Positions 10,237-20,209 are shown, counted from the stretch's first letter. The stretch: 64,000 nt of DNA from a virus (IMGVR_UViG_3300008108_000044:1-64000), one strand, 5' to 3'. The notes: a model not told the origin generated them from the letters alone. Made by a program: numbers and translations.

Positions 10237-10565
10237 AAACTTATTGCGTTGATATTGATGGTGTTATTGCTAAACCACTTGGTATATGTAAAACTTGTAA
10301 ATATGAGTCATCTCTTCCCATAAAAAAGAATATTGAAAGGATAAACAAACTATATGACGAGGGAAATATAATAAAATATTTTACTGCGAGAGGTATGGGA
10401 ACGTATCAAGACGATGGTAACCTTGCGTCTGCAAGATGGAAAGAACTTACTGAACTCCAATTAAGAATTTGGGGATGTAAATACCATCAATTGATTATGG
10501 GTAAACCATCTGCGGACTACTATATAGATGATAAAGCAATAAATTCAGATGACTTCTTTAAATAA
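10233..10565 (+). CDS. HAD-superfamily phosphatase (capsule biosynthesis phosphatase-like)
   Basis: DIDG motif I, TARG, GKP, YIDDK. Confidence 0.8.
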   Translation: MKTYCVDIDGVIAKPLGICKTCKYESSLPIKKNIERINKLYDEGNIIKYFTARGMGTYQDDGNLASARWKELTELQLRIWGCKYHQLIMGKPSADYYIDDKAINSDDFFK

Positions 10566-10902
10566 ATTTGTCCCTAAAGGATGGGGATATGAAAAGTGGA
10601 TAGTCAATAACGAAAAGTATTGCGGTAAACTTTTATTCTTTGAAAGAAATAAAAGATGTTCTTGGCATTATCATAAAGTAAAAGAAGAAACTTTTTACTT
10701 GCATAGTGGTAAAATATATTTGTGGTATGGATGGGATGAAGATCTTGCAAAAGCTGAAATGAAAATAATGGAACCAGGTGATGCATTTCACGTTCCAATC
10801 GGATTAAAGCATCAGATGATTGCTTTGGAAGATTCTGAATTGTTTGAATTTTCTACAGAACATTTTGATGATGATAGTTATAGGTTGATACGAGGTGATT
10901 GA
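10549..10902 (+). CDS. Cupin-domain sugar isomerase-like protein
   Basis: KGWGYE, SWHYHKVKEETFY, H cupin motif 2. Confidence 0.75.
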   Translation: MTSLNKFVPKGWGYEKWIVNNEKYCGKLLFFERNKRCSWHYHKVKEETFYLHSGKIYLWYGWDEDLAKAEMKIMEPGDAFHVPIGLKHQMIALEDSELFEFSTEHFDDDSYRLIRGD

Positions 10903-11489
10903 TGATGTTGACGTTCAAAGATTTAATATATGAAAAGCAGGATGCAATAACAAAACAAGAATGTGCAGAATTTATAAAATGGTTTTGGAATAATACTGAT
11001 TTGCATGTTCAAGGAAAAGTTTATGGTGGAGTAGATGCATCATCTTTAAGTAACACTGTAAATTTAGACAGAAAAAATACAACTCAAGCATATCCAAAAC
11101 CAGAAGATCCTATTTCAGATACTATAACTAAAATTATTTTTTCTGGTTATGATGAATATGCCTCTAAATTACCAGTACCACAAGGACAACCATTATGCAC
11201 TACTACATATTCGATACGAGTATATCGCAAGGGTGAAGGAAAGTTTTTAGAACACGTTGATCAATCTGCTGGTCCAAATGTCACGAGAATTTTTGGTGTA
11301 ATTTTATATCTTAATACTGTGGATGATGGTGGAGAAACAGATTTCTTAGATTATAATTTAAAGATAAAACCAGAAGCTGGAAAATTACTTATATTCCCTT
11401 GTAATTATCTTTATCGCCATCAAGGAAATATTCCTATCTCAGATGACAAATATATTGTAACCGCTTTTATTAATTTTGCAGATGTATAA
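10902..11489 (+). CDS. 2OG-Fe(II) oxygenase (prolyl hydroxylase-like)
   Basis: HVD, ILYLN, GGET.F, LIFP...H.G, KY. Confidence 0.85.
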   Translation: MMLTFKDLIYEKQDAITKQECAEFIKWFWNNTDLHVQGKVYGGVDASSLSNTVNLDRKNTTQAYPKPEDPISDTITKIIFSGYDEYASKLPVPQGQPLCTTTYSIRVYRKGEGKFLEHVDQSAGPNVTRIFGVILYLNTVDDGGETDFLDYNLKIKPEAGKLLIFPCNYLYRHQGNIPISDDKYIVTAFINFADV

Positions 11490-12096
11490 TACTAATATTA
11501 CTAAACCATTTGGACCATGTATTTTAGAATGTATGTGTCCTAAAAATATATTAAAAAATTTTAATTCTTTTGTTGATGATATGGATCAAGAAACAAAAGA
11601 ATTGTGTTCTTCCAAATATAGTAAAGTTGATGGATTTCCTGATCTATTGGAACGTGGATTTGAAATTATATACTTGACCTCCAATCAGTGCGAAGAGATT
11701 GGATTTTCTAAATTTATTGCCGATGTTACGCCAGAATATCTTAAAACATTTGGAATTAATAGTGCTGAAATATTTTTTACTCCCGCACATTTTTCAGATG
11801 TATTTGTTGATGTTTGGGTTAATCGTTATTTCGTTGGAGATTATACGCCACCCCATGATCATAAGGGACATATATCTGGAATAACAATATTGGATCTTCC
11901 TAAAGATTCTGATTGGTATGATTTGCACAACTTAGAATTTATTTGGAATAATGAACATCATAGACCAGATCAAGAAGTTGGAAAGACTTTTTTGTTTCCC
12001 AGTACTCTTATGCATTGGGTTGTAAAACAAAAAAGTCTTTTAGAAAGAAGAACAGTAAGTTTTAATTTACTTGTAAATACTCCTCAACAGACTTAA
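11476..12096 (+). CDS. Putative 2OG-Fe(II) oxygenase
   Basis: WVN..GDYTPPHDH.G.ISG, LFPS.L.H.V, R.TVSFN. Confidence 0.75.
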   Translation: MQMYNTNITKPFGPCILECMCPKNILKNFNSFVDDMDQETKELCSSKYSKVDGFPDLLERGFEIIYLTSNQCEEIGFSKFIADVTPEYLKTFGINSAEIFFTPAHFSDVFVDVWVNRYFVGDYTPPHDHKGHISGITILDLPKDSDWYDLHNLEFIWNNEHHRPDQEVGKTFLFPSTLMHWVVKQKSLLERRTVSFNLLVNTPQQT

Positions 12097-12871
12097 ATTT
12101 ATAATTACCAATCCACTTCATATCTGCACATGTGTATGTTTGGTACTTACCTCGTAAATGCTCTGGGAAGGGAATGGTATTGATAGTACCGTTCTCTTTT
12201 TTTGCAACTAACTCTGCTACATGTTGAAATGATACTGGAGACCCTGTTCCAAGGTCATATATGCCACTCGGAGAGTTGTTATTAAGAACAATATCAATAA
12301 CATCATCTACACATATAAAATCTCTCAAGAATCTATCGGAACCTTCAAAAAGATTTAAAGAACCAGTTTCCTTAATCTCTTTGGTAAATTTACTTACAGG
12401 ACTTGCTTGATTTCCTTTATTTTCTTCTCCACTTCCATAAACATTAAAGTATCTAAATCCTTGAACGAGAGAAAATTTATCTATATTATCTAGAACAGTA
12501 TAATCAACTTGCAATTTAGATATTGCGTATTGATTTAGTGGATTTATTGTACTCTTTTTTTGATGTATATTTTGGTTACCGTAAACGGATGCTGACGATG
12601 CGTATTTAATTGGGATTTCATATTGGACTGCAATATTCAAAAGAGCACATGAGAATGCAACGTTATAGTGCCAAAGCTTATGTAAATCCTTTTCTGTGGT
12701 TGATGATATTGCTCCTTGATGTAGTATCAAAGATACTTTTTCCCATTGATCAAATTCTCTTAATAGTCTCCAAGAATCTTCTTGACCTATTAATAAAATA
12801 TCTTCTCCACTAGTAATCTTGTTTGCAAAATGACTTCCAATGAATCCAGATGAACCAGTAAGTATGATCAT
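12062..12871 (-). CDS. hldD: ADP-L-glycero-D-manno-heptose 6-epimerase
   Basis: TGSSGFIGS, HQGAISSTTE, YASSASVYG, PLNQYAISK, RYFNVYG, RDFI.V.D, YQ.YTCAD. Confidence 0.88.
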   Translation of the reverse strand: MIILTGSSGFIGSHFANKITSGEDILLIGQEDSWRLLREFDQWEKVSLILHQGAISSTTEKDLHKLWHYNVAFSCALLNIAVQYEIPIKYASSASVYGNQNIHQKKSTINPLNQYAISKLQVDYTVLDNIDKFSLVQGFRYFNVYGSGEENKGNQASPVSKFTKEIKETGSLNLFEGSDRFLRDFICVDDVIDIVLNNNSPSGIYDLGTGSPVSFQHVAELVAKKENGTINTIPFPEHLRGKYQTYTCADMKWIGNYKFKSVEEYLQVN

Positions 12872-12922
12872 AATTTTCCTATTATCATAAATAATAACAT
12901 AAAAAAGTCTAAAAGTATATCC

Positions 12923-13579
12923 ATGGCGTTTGGATCTCTAGCATCATACCCAACTACAGATAATTTTGCTCATATACTTTATACATCACCTTCATCTAAT
13001 TTTGTTGAAGGTAGAGTTTACGCTGTTAATATGGGATCTGTTCCAGTAAAAATTAGAATTGCAGTTCTGGGAACCGCTAATATAGATGACCTAGCAATAT
13101 CTGATTACATTATATATAACCATTCGATTCAAATTGGTGATAGGTTTGTAACGGATAAAATATTTTTAAAGGATGGAGAATCTGTCGTAGTACGTGCAGA
13201 TGTACCAGGTGTAAAATTTAGTTTCCGTGGGTCTGAGGTAGGATTAACAACATCTCTTTGTGGAATTATATCCGCGTTCAGTCCGTCAACAAGTCTAAAG
13301 ATAGGAGCGGGGCAAACTGTATTTAATTTACCAGCATCAATGGTAGAAACAGATGCAAATCTTTATATTACAAACACTTCTCCAGATTATGTTGAAGTAA
13401 GTGTTGGCATTGGAACTACGATTGGCTCCAATCATTATCTGGTGTATAATCAAAGAGTAGAACCTGGTCACTTTTTCTGTCAAGACGATATTAAATTGGG
13501 CGCAGGAGAAATTATTTTTGCCAAGTCTACTTCAACAAATGTAAACATTGTAGCATTAGGAAAAACAACTCATAGATGA
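12923..13579 (+). CDS. Putative virion structural protein with two internal beta-rich repeats
   Basis: Beta-rich duplicated domain (N..S...V.I...YI.YN...G); CATAAATA late-promoter-like motif upstream. Confidence 0.45.
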   Translation: MAFGSLASYPTTDNFAHILYTSPSSNFVEGRVYAVNMGSVPVKIRIAVLGTANIDDLAISDYIIYNHSIQIGDRFVTDKIFLKDGESVVVRADVPGVKFSFRGSEVGLTTSLCGIISAFSPSTSLKIGAGQTVFNLPASMVETDANLYITNTSPDYVEVSVGIGTTIGSNHYLVYNQRVEPGHFFCQDDIKLGAGEIIFAKSTSTNVNIVALGKTTHR

Positions 13580-13818
13580 TGAAATTTACAGTATATTCTA
13601 AGGACGGTTGTCCATATTGCAGCAAGATTGAACAACTACTTCAAGTTGCAGAACTTCAACATGTAATTTATAAATTGGGAAGAGATTTTACTCGTGAAGA
13701 GTTTTACTCTGAGTTTGGACCTGGGTCAACTTTCCCACAGGTTGTTCTAAATGATCAGCATTTGGGTGGTTGTACAGATACAGCACGTTATTTAAAAGAA
13801 AATAATATTATTGCTTAA
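13576..13818 (+). CDS. nrdC: Glutaredoxin
   Basis: CPYC, TFPQV, GGCTD. Confidence 0.9.
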   Translation: MMKFTVYSKDGCPYCSKIEQLLQVAELQHVIYKLGRDFTREEFYSEFGPGSTFPQVVLNDQHLGGCTDTARYLKENNIIA

Positions 13819-14459
13819 GCAAGATCGAATAAGAAGTTATTAATATACTTTCTAGCAAATTCTTTATCATAATATGATTTAAGAATTCCATATGCGGGAT
13901 CTGTATATGATAGGTGATGATCGTAACCTATTTGAAATATGTGGGATTGACCAGTCCCACATTTTTTTATGCAATCATTATACCGTTCTAAGTACAAATC
14001 TAGTTTGGTTAAATACTCTTCATAAAAATTTTTATCAGTATTTTTTAACCATAATTTTTTTGAAAAATATTTGTCTAAATCATATACCTTAGATACATTT
14101 TTTACTCTATCTGGTTGGTCGCTAAGGTATGGTAGAATATATTCATTCTCATATTCTTTATCCATTTTTAGTGGATGAAAATCTATAGTGCCAAAATATT
14201 TTTTATCTGAACACGCTACAAATTCTGTACCAAAAATTGGATTGAGATATTGGAAGTCTGGATATATAACAAGAGACTCTGCGATAAATTTATTTTTAAT
14301 ATTTAATTCACACAATCTAATTCTTCTTAACTTTTCTGTTCTCCATACATATGACTTTATTGTTGAGTTATCATCTTTAATTTCTTGATCTAACCAATGA
14401 GGCAGTTCTACATGAATTAGATTTGAATACTTATTAAATAATATATTCTTTACGCTCAT
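13815..14459 (-). CDS. Ferredoxin-dependent bilin reductase (PebA/PebB/PebS family)
   Basis: VIYP...P.FG.E, DFHPL, YFS, DPA.GILKSYY....KYI..FLF signature. Confidence 0.8.
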   Translation of the reverse strand: MSVKNILFNKYSNLIHVELPHWLDQEIKDDNSTIKSYVWRTEKLRRIRLCELNIKNKFIAESLVIYPDFQYLNPIFGTEFVACSDKKYFGTIDFHPLKMDKEYENEYILPYLSDQPDRVKNVSKVYDLDKYFSKKLWLKNTDKNFYEEYLTKLDLYLERYNDCIKKCGTGQSHIFQIGYDHHLSYTDPAYGILKSYYDKEFARKYINNFLFDLA

Positions 14460-14488
14460 TACGAAAGCACTATTATTCTGTATTTATT

Positions 14489-16108
14489 ATGAAAGTTCTA
14501 ACCATCTTATCTGGGCATGATGCCTCTGCAACTATTTTAAAAGATGGTGTAGTAGAACATTATTTTAAAGAAGAAAGGTACAGCAAGATAAAACATGCGT
14601 CTGGATATAAATTTATTCTTGATATAATAATGAATGGTCTTTTAGAAGACATTGATTATATTATTTTTTCTTCTACAGATAGTCAGGAGGTAAAGGATAA
14701 AACAGATCGTTTAATACATTCTATAAATCCAAAAATAAAATTTGTCGATCCAAAATATCAACACCATTTATTTCACTCTGCTGGAGCATTTTATAGCAGT
14801 GGATTTGATAAAGCATTAGTAATCTGTATAGATTCTGCTGGTGGTTATCCAGTAGATCCAGAGGTGTTTGAATCTGAGTCTGTGTATATTGCAGAATACC
14901 CCGCAAAATTTAAACCAATATACAAAAGATATTGGACAGCAAATCTAAAAAAAAGATTTGATAAGGTTGCAAATAATTGCAGACATGTTAGTAAACATGC
15001 AATAGATGAAATTAATATTGGAAATCTTTATAACAGTGCTGCTCTTGCAATAGGACAGACAGTGGATGATTGTGGGAAGGCGATGGGTTTATCTTCTTAT
15101 GGAAATCCAATTGAACAATTAAAATTTTTTGGAGATAAAACATCTGCAGTAGATTCTATTAAAAAATATTTTAAAGAACAACAAAAGTTATTAGATTACA
15201 TGATAGATTTTGACGATAATGCAAACTATTCTATGGAAATCACAAAAGATAACTATCAATTTTTTGCCAACTATTGTTACGAAGTGCAGAGACAATGCCA
15301 AGAGCAAGTTTGTGGATTAGTAAAACAATATATTAATGAAACTGGAATAAAATCTGTTTGTATAACTGGTGGTTACGCCATGAACATTATTACAAATTAT
15401 GATCTATTAACTAAATTTCCAGATGTTGAGTTTTATTTTGATCCTATTTGTGATGATAGTGGATTGTCAATTGGATCTGCAATGTATACCTACCGCAGAT
15501 TTTCTGAAGATACACAAATACTTCCTCTTAACAACACTTTTTTTCATGGACAGCAATATAAAGTTGATCAGATACCAGATGAATATGCTGATGAAAAACG
15601 GGTTGCAAGACTGTTATATGAGAATAAATCTGTTGCAGTATACAATGGGTTAGCAGAAGCGGGTCAGAGGGCATTAGGGAACCGTTCTATACTGTTTAAT
15701 GCATTGAATCCAGATGCCAGAGAAATTGTGAATCAAATTAAAAAAAGAGAGTGGTATCGCCCATTTGCTGCTATAGTACTTGAGGAGGATGCTCACCTTT
15801 ATTTTGACAATGTGATTCCAAATCTACATATGACAGTTTGTTTTCCTGTTAAGACAAATCTTATACCTGGAGTAACTCATGTTGACAATACATGTAGAAT
15901 ACAGACAGTAAGATCTGGTCATCTTTACTCTATTTTAAATGAGTTTAAAAACTTGACAGGGCATGGTATCCTATTAAATACCAGTTTTAATTTGGCAGGA
16001 GAACCTTTAGTCGAAACCCCACAGGATGCATTTAGGACTTTAAATTCTTCTTCTCTTGATTATCTTTGGTTTTATGAAACAAAAAAGTTGTTTAAATCTA
16101 ATTTTTGA
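14489..16108 (+). CDS. Carbamoyltransferase (NodU/CmcH family), third copy
   Basis: GHDAS, EERYSK.K, HHLFH, GKAMGL, RALGNRSIL, RPFA, NTSFN. Confidence 0.9.
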   Translation: MKVLTILSGHDASATILKDGVVEHYFKEERYSKIKHASGYKFILDIIMNGLLEDIDYIIFSSTDSQEVKDKTDRLIHSINPKIKFVDPKYQHHLFHSAGAFYSSGFDKALVICIDSAGGYPVDPEVFESESVYIAEYPAKFKPIYKRYWTANLKKRFDKVANNCRHVSKHAIDEINIGNLYNSAALAIGQTVDDCGKAMGLSSYGNPIEQLKFFGDKTSAVDSIKKYFKEQQKLLDYMIDFDDNANYSMEITKDNYQFFANYCYEVQRQCQEQVCGLVKQYINETGIKSVCITGGYAMNIITNYDLLTKFPDVEFYFDPICDDSGLSIGSAMYTYRRFSEDTQILPLNNTFFHGQQYKVDQIPDEYADEKRVARLLYENKSVAVYNGLAEAGQRALGNRSILFNALNPDAREIVNQIKKREWYRPFAAIVLEEDAHLYFDNVIPNLHMTVCFPVKTNLIPGVTHVDNTCRIQTVRSGHLYSILNEFKNLTGHGILLNTSFNLAGEPLVETPQDAFRTLNSSSLDYLWFYETKKLFKSNF

Positions 16109-16140
16109 TATATAATTTACAAATGGGAGCAACCGTTTTC

Positions 16141-16500
16141 ATGGAAGAGGAGATTGTCACACTTCACTACGACGTAGAGAAGGCAGTAGACTTTGCCTTT
16201 CAGGGTAAGTTCATCTTGGACTTTTACCAATATCTTAAAACAAACAATGCTAAACGCCGTCATGCTGAAAATTTTATTGGAAGCACTACTGCTGAGAGTA
16301 TCAATTGTATGATTTTAGAATTAGATGAATATCTAAAAGGTGGTCAGGACTCCGAACATAAACTTCTTCGTGAAGCGTATGGGCACATTCCTAAACCACA
16401 AGCAAGAAAAATAAAAGAATATCTTCATGGTATTCTTGAAGATGCCTGGAGATATAGTCATGACAAACGACCAGGAAGAAGGAAAAAGTCAAATAAATAA
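16141..16500 (+). CDS. Conserved cyanophage hypothetical protein
   Basis: ORF with LREAYGHIPKPQARKI motif; start uncertain (16123 possible). Confidence 0.6.
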   Translation: MEEEIVTLHYDVEKAVDFAFQGKFILDFYQYLKTNNAKRRHAENFIGSTTAESINCMILELDEYLKGGQDSEHKLLREAYGHIPKPQARKIKEYLHGILEDAWRYSHDKRPGRRKKSNK

Positions 16501-16678
16501 AACAGAATCCTCTGATATTAATCGTGGATTTGAGTTAATGTTGCGACATCGTAGCAGGAGGGAGAAAACGCCAGAACCTAAAACATTTGGTATAATGTTT
16601 GGGAAGGTAATCTCTCTCTTTAAACGAGAGATACACTTCCGATTTGAAATTTCACTTGATATCATTAAAAAACCATAA
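16460..16678 (+). CDS. Hypothetical cyanophage protein
   Basis: ORF (INRGFELMLR) in a tightly packed operon. Confidence 0.5.
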   Translation: MTNDQEEGKSQINKTESSDINRGFELMLRHRSRREKTPEPKTFGIMFGKVISLFKREIHFRFEISLDIIKKP

Positions 16679-16695
16679 CTCTCGGGAGAAGTCCA

Positions 16696-16926
16696 ATGTT
16701 AGCAGTAACTCTCACATTCTCTGCCCTCTTTTCAATAATGTTTTTGTTTTTGGGTGGAGTAATCGGATGGATCGCAAAGCAACACTTCTATGAAGGAACT
16801 GCGATAGCTTATACGCATCCCGAAATGTTTGACGAAAATGGGAATGTTATTCCCGATGAAATATTAGCTGTACGATTTGAAAACGCAAATGACTACTACG
16901 AAGACGAAGAAGGAGACGAAGAGTGA
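16696..16926 (+). CDS. Small membrane protein (N-terminal TM helix, acidic tail)
   Basis: Hydrophobic N-terminus, HPEMFDENG motif, GGGAG RBS. Confidence 0.6.
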   Translation: MLAVTLTFSALFSIMFLFLGGVIGWIAKQHFYEGTAIAYTHPEMFDENGNVIPDEILAVRFENANDYYEDEEGDEE

Positions 16927-17458
16927 AGCAGTTGAAGAACTGCAACCGAATCCTTTTCAATTTGAAATTTTAGATTTAGTTTCAAAACAAAGATCAAGTT
17001 CTAAAAAGGCAGAAGTCCTTCAGAAATATAGAAATGAAGGACTTGTTGCGTTATTGATTTGGAACTTTGATGATACTGCCATCTCTCTTTTGCCAACAGG
17101 AGATGTGCCTTATTCTAGAGTTGAAGAGCAGTCTGCATTTAATGATACCCTATCTGCATCTGTGGAAAAATTAAACAAGGTGCAAGGTCTCTCCAATGCT
17201 GATGAGTTTGTTCGTAACAGAGCAACTTCTATCCGTAAGGAATGGGAGAATTTTTACAACTACCTTCAAGGTGGTAATCCATCTTTAACTAGTCTTCGTA
17301 GAGAGACTATGTTCATTCAAATGCTTGAAGGTCTTCACCCTAGGGAAGCTGAAATCATGGTTCTTGTAAAGGATAAAAAACTTCAAGAGAGATATAAAAT
17401 TACTAAAGATAATGTGTCTGAAGCATACCCTGATATTCAGTGGGGTGGTCGCTCTTGA
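16889..17458 (+). CDS. Conserved T4-like phage protein (DUF6433-like)
   Basis: LP.GDVPY, RRETMFIQMLEGLHP.EA motif. Confidence 0.6.
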   Translation: MTTTKTKKETKSEAVEELQPNPFQFEILDLVSKQRSSSKKAEVLQKYRNEGLVALLIWNFDDTAISLLPTGDVPYSRVEEQSAFNDTLSASVEKLNKVQGLSNADEFVRNRATSIRKEWENFYNYLQGGNPSLTSLRRETMFIQMLEGLHPREAEIMVLVKDKKLQERYKITKDNVSEAYPDIQWGGRS

Positions 17459-17715
17459 ATATTAAAATCCTTCAGCAAAATTGTGACCCAGAAGTAGCAA
17501 AAGATAGATCTCTTCCATACAATTCCTATCTGGTTCATTACGAAGTTGATGGGGAACTATGTTATGATCTTATTACTTCTAATAAAAAAGTAGATACCTT
17601 TGATTACTATTGGGACAAGTATAGAGAAGGTCTCAAATGGTTCAAACAATCTGAGGGAAGAACTAATCCTAAACTCTGGGGAGCAAGTCCAAAAGAAAAT
17701 AAAAACAAAAAGTGA
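17455..17715 (+). CDS. Conserved cyanophage hypothetical protein
   Basis: ORF with LP.NSYLV, FDYYWDKY, G.NPKLW. Confidence 0.55.
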   Translation: MNIKILQQNCDPEVAKDRSLPYNSYLVHYEVDGELCYDLITSNKKVDTFDYYWDKYREGLKWFKQSEGRTNPKLWGASPKENKNKK

Positions 17716-17724
17716 GGCAACATT

Positions 17725-17931
17725 ATGTCCAGTGGATTTGGTGCTGAAAAAATTAAAGATGGCAAAGCAGTCGTAACAATTCATACTGATGAGGTTTCTA
17801 AACTTTTAAAGGAATATAAAAAACTTAAAAAGTATATGAAATCTTCTTTGTATAAAGTTAAAGTTATGGATGGCACAGAAGAGACTGTAAAGAATCTTTT
17901 GGAAGAATACGGCGATGATGAACTCACTTGA
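17725..17931 (+). CDS. Hypothetical protein
   Basis: ORF with GAGG RBS. Confidence 0.5.
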   Translation: MSSGFGAEKIKDGKAVVTIHTDEVSKLLKEYKKLKKYMKSSLYKVKVMDGTEETVKNLLEEYGDDELT

Positions 17932-18628
17932 CCTATTAAACTTCGACTGGGAAAAATATAAAAAAGATATAGATATCTGCGTCTCTAAAAAATACTTTTT
18001 AGATTATAACCCTTCAGTCATTGACGAAGGGTTTGATGCTTTTTATGTATCCAAAAAACATAAAATTTTATATATTCCAATATCTAAAAATGCTTCTACT
18101 TCCTTGAAGGATTCCTTGGACTTTGAACCAGTATATCAAGTACCAAATAGACATCGTGAGTTTGATTTACAAATACCAGAAGAATATAAAAGAGAATATA
18201 AAATATTGGTAATTGTCAGACATCCTAAAGAACGTTGGATATCTGGATTTAATCAATTTCTTAGTGACGTTGGAATATATTTGTCCACTTCAGATGCAAA
18301 GGATGTATTACTGGAACTGAAGAATAAAAAATTTATATTTGATGGACATACTCTACCTCAGTTAAGATTTATTGATTATTGTTTTCAACCTTCTGATATT
18401 AATTTTGATATTAATTTAATAAGAATGGATCATAACTTTGAGAGTAAGTTGGTTGATTTTATTGGTGAGGACTTTAAAATAAAAGAAAAAAATTTAATGG
18501 AAAAAGAACACTTAAAGATACAAAATCATGAGGTGTGCCACAAAATTTTTAATGATTATTGTATGCGACAACAACAGTTTATAAATGCATACAAAGAAGA
18601 TTATAACCTTTATAAAAATTCTAAATAG
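17915..18628 (+). CDS. Sulfotransferase family 2-like protein
   Basis: PAPS-binding motifs KNASTS and VRHPKERWISG; H.LPQ. Confidence 0.7.
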   Translation: MMNSLDLLNFDWEKYKKDIDICVSKKYFLDYNPSVIDEGFDAFYVSKKHKILYIPISKNASTSLKDSLDFEPVYQVPNRHREFDLQIPEEYKREYKILVIVRHPKERWISGFNQFLSDVGIYLSTSDAKDVLLELKNKKFIFDGHTLPQLRFIDYCFQPSDINFDINLIRMDHNFESKLVDFIGEDFKIKEKNLMEKEHLKIQNHEVCHKIFNDYCMRQQQFINAYKEDYNLYKNSK

Positions 18629-18648
18629 AAAATACTTATTTTTTAACG

Positions 18649-18975
18649 ATGGGAAAGCATTACTTATTGAATTTGTATGGATGTTCTTTTGTATTATTAG
18701 ACGATCAAGAATATCTAATTAAGTTATTAGAATCCGCTGCTTCTTTAAGTGGAGCAACAGTAGTTAATACAATATTCAAAAAGTTTGATCCACAAGGAGT
18801 AACGGTTTTAACTTTACTTTCAGAGAGTCATATTAGTATTCATACTTGGCCTGAGAAGGGAGAAGCTGCAGTAGATTTATTTACTTGTGGAGATTGCAAT
18901 CCTAAGTTGGGTTGTGATATGATTATACAACAATTATATGCATCAAATCATACACTTAGTTACATTGAAAGATGA
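18649..18975 (+). CDS. speD: S-adenosylmethionine decarboxylase proenzyme
   Basis: LSESHISIHTWPE (ES cleavage site), DLFTCG. Confidence 0.92.
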   Translation: MGKHYLLNLYGCSFVLLDDQEYLIKLLESAASLSGATVVNTIFKKFDPQGVTVLTLLSESHISIHTWPEKGEAAVDLFTCGDCNPKLGCDMIIQQLYASNHTLSYIER

Positions 18976-19103
18976 TCCACAGATTTTTTGATATTATTGA
19001 TCCAGTTTTAGTTGGATCAATAATGGGGACTCTTTTATTATTCCCCTTTGCTTTTTTTATTTACGACTCAGCAAAAAATCCAGACAAATATAATCATAAG
19101 TAG
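18972..19103 (+). CDS. Small membrane peptide (43 aa, not in ORF track)
   Basis: Manual translation MIHRFFDIIDPVLVGSIMGTLLLFPFAFFIYDSAKNPDKYNHK; ATGA overlap with speD stop. Confidence 0.5.
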   Translation: MIHRFFDIIDPVLVGSIMGTLLLFPFAFFIYDSAKNPDKYNHK

Positions 19104-19149
19104 TTGACAAATACTGACTTTTATTTTAAAATACAAAACATATAATGTT

Positions 19150-19353
19150 ATGGTTATGGATTACAAACCTTATTCTCCTGAGTGGCATCGCAAACGCTAT
19201 CTAAAAGAAGCGTTGGACAAGTATTTGGATGAATACATTGATAATAAAACAATCCTTGGAGATATCACTGATATTCTATCTGAACGTTCTGAACGAGCTT
19301 ATGAAGAATTCAGTAGGATTAATGATTTGGAAGCAATGATTAATACTAAATAA
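19150..19353 (+). CDS. Hypothetical cyanophage protein
   Basis: YKPYSPEWHR..YLK ORF. Confidence 0.55.
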   Translation: MVMDYKPYSPEWHRKRYLKEALDKYLDEYIDNKTILGDITDILSERSERAYEEFSRINDLEAMINTK

Positions 19354-19372
19354 CCCTATACGGAGATTGCAT

Positions 19373-19699
19373 ATGCTCTCTACACAATATCGCCTACGCT
19401 TGGAAGGTATCTGCAGCAAGATTGCCAGGCATGAAGAGGTGAGTTTGGAGGATATGATTTGGGCAGAGAAACTTGCTAATGCAAATAGATCTGCCGCTAC
19501 TATGCTTCGTCAAGCAAGAAGGACTGCAGAAAATCCTGACATGCAAGAAGGAGATATGGATGATTTTTTAAACCAACTTGATATTGGTGGCACTGGTCAT
19601 GAACGTTTTGGTAAACGTGGATTTGATAGTGTTGATGATATGGTTGATTGGTGGACTGAGGGAAGAGACAAACCAGAAGACTGGAGGCAACGGGACTGA
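19373..19699 (+). CDS. Conserved cyanophage hypothetical protein
   Basis: MLSTQYRLRLE...DMIWA.KL...DW.QRD; GGAG RBS. Confidence 0.6.
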   Translation: MLSTQYRLRLEGICSKIARHEEVSLEDMIWAEKLANANRSAATMLRQARRTAENPDMQEGDMDDFLNQLDIGGTGHERFGKRGFDSVDDMVDWWTEGRDKPEDWRQRD

Positions 19700-20172
19700 T
19701 GAGTGAAGTAACATTTAAAAAACATAGAGTATTCCGAGAGACAGAAGCAGTTGTCTTTTACGATATCTCTGTGGATGGATCTAATGCACAAGACCTTGTA
19801 TGTCACACTGGTGCCGCAATCTCACCACCAGATGATATTGTAGGGGCAAAACAATTTTATATTCACTATCACCAGATAGATCACAATCGTGTGCTGTCTG
19901 GACTTCGCACATTTGAGTTGGTGAATCCTGAATGGAGATACCCATATCACATCGTTCATCTTAATCGTTCTTCTGGTGCTCTAGTGATTCCTAAGATGAC
20001 CTTTCATCGTTCATATTCTGGTGCCGATGGTTCTATTGTCATCAACCAGGCAATTCGTGATGAAGAGTTTGATCCTGAGACAGAGTTTGTCCCCGTATCA
20101 GCAGCAAAAAATACTGAACTGTATCATATTCTTGCTCATGAGAAGCCAGTAATCCATACTTTGGGTGAGTGA
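19699..20172 (+). CDS. Cupin-fold protein of cyanobacterial type
   Basis: FYIHYHQ.D, L.IP...FHRS. Confidence 0.55.
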   Translation: MSEVTFKKHRVFRETEAVVFYDISVDGSNAQDLVCHTGAAISPPDDIVGAKQFYIHYHQIDHNRVLSGLRTFELVNPEWRYPYHIVHLNRSSGALVIPKMTFHRSYSGADGSIVINQAIRDEEFDPETEFVPVSAAKNTELYHILAHEKPVIHTLGE

Positions 20173-20185
20173 AGAAAAGTAAAAC

Positions 20186-20201
20186 TGTATCAGGAAATAC
20201 A
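20186..20201 (+). promoter_or_regulatory. NtcA binding site
   Basis: TGTA-TCAGGAAA-TACA matches GTA-N8-TAC with the preferred flanks. Confidence 0.65.
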
Positions 20202-20209
20202 CACAAAGC

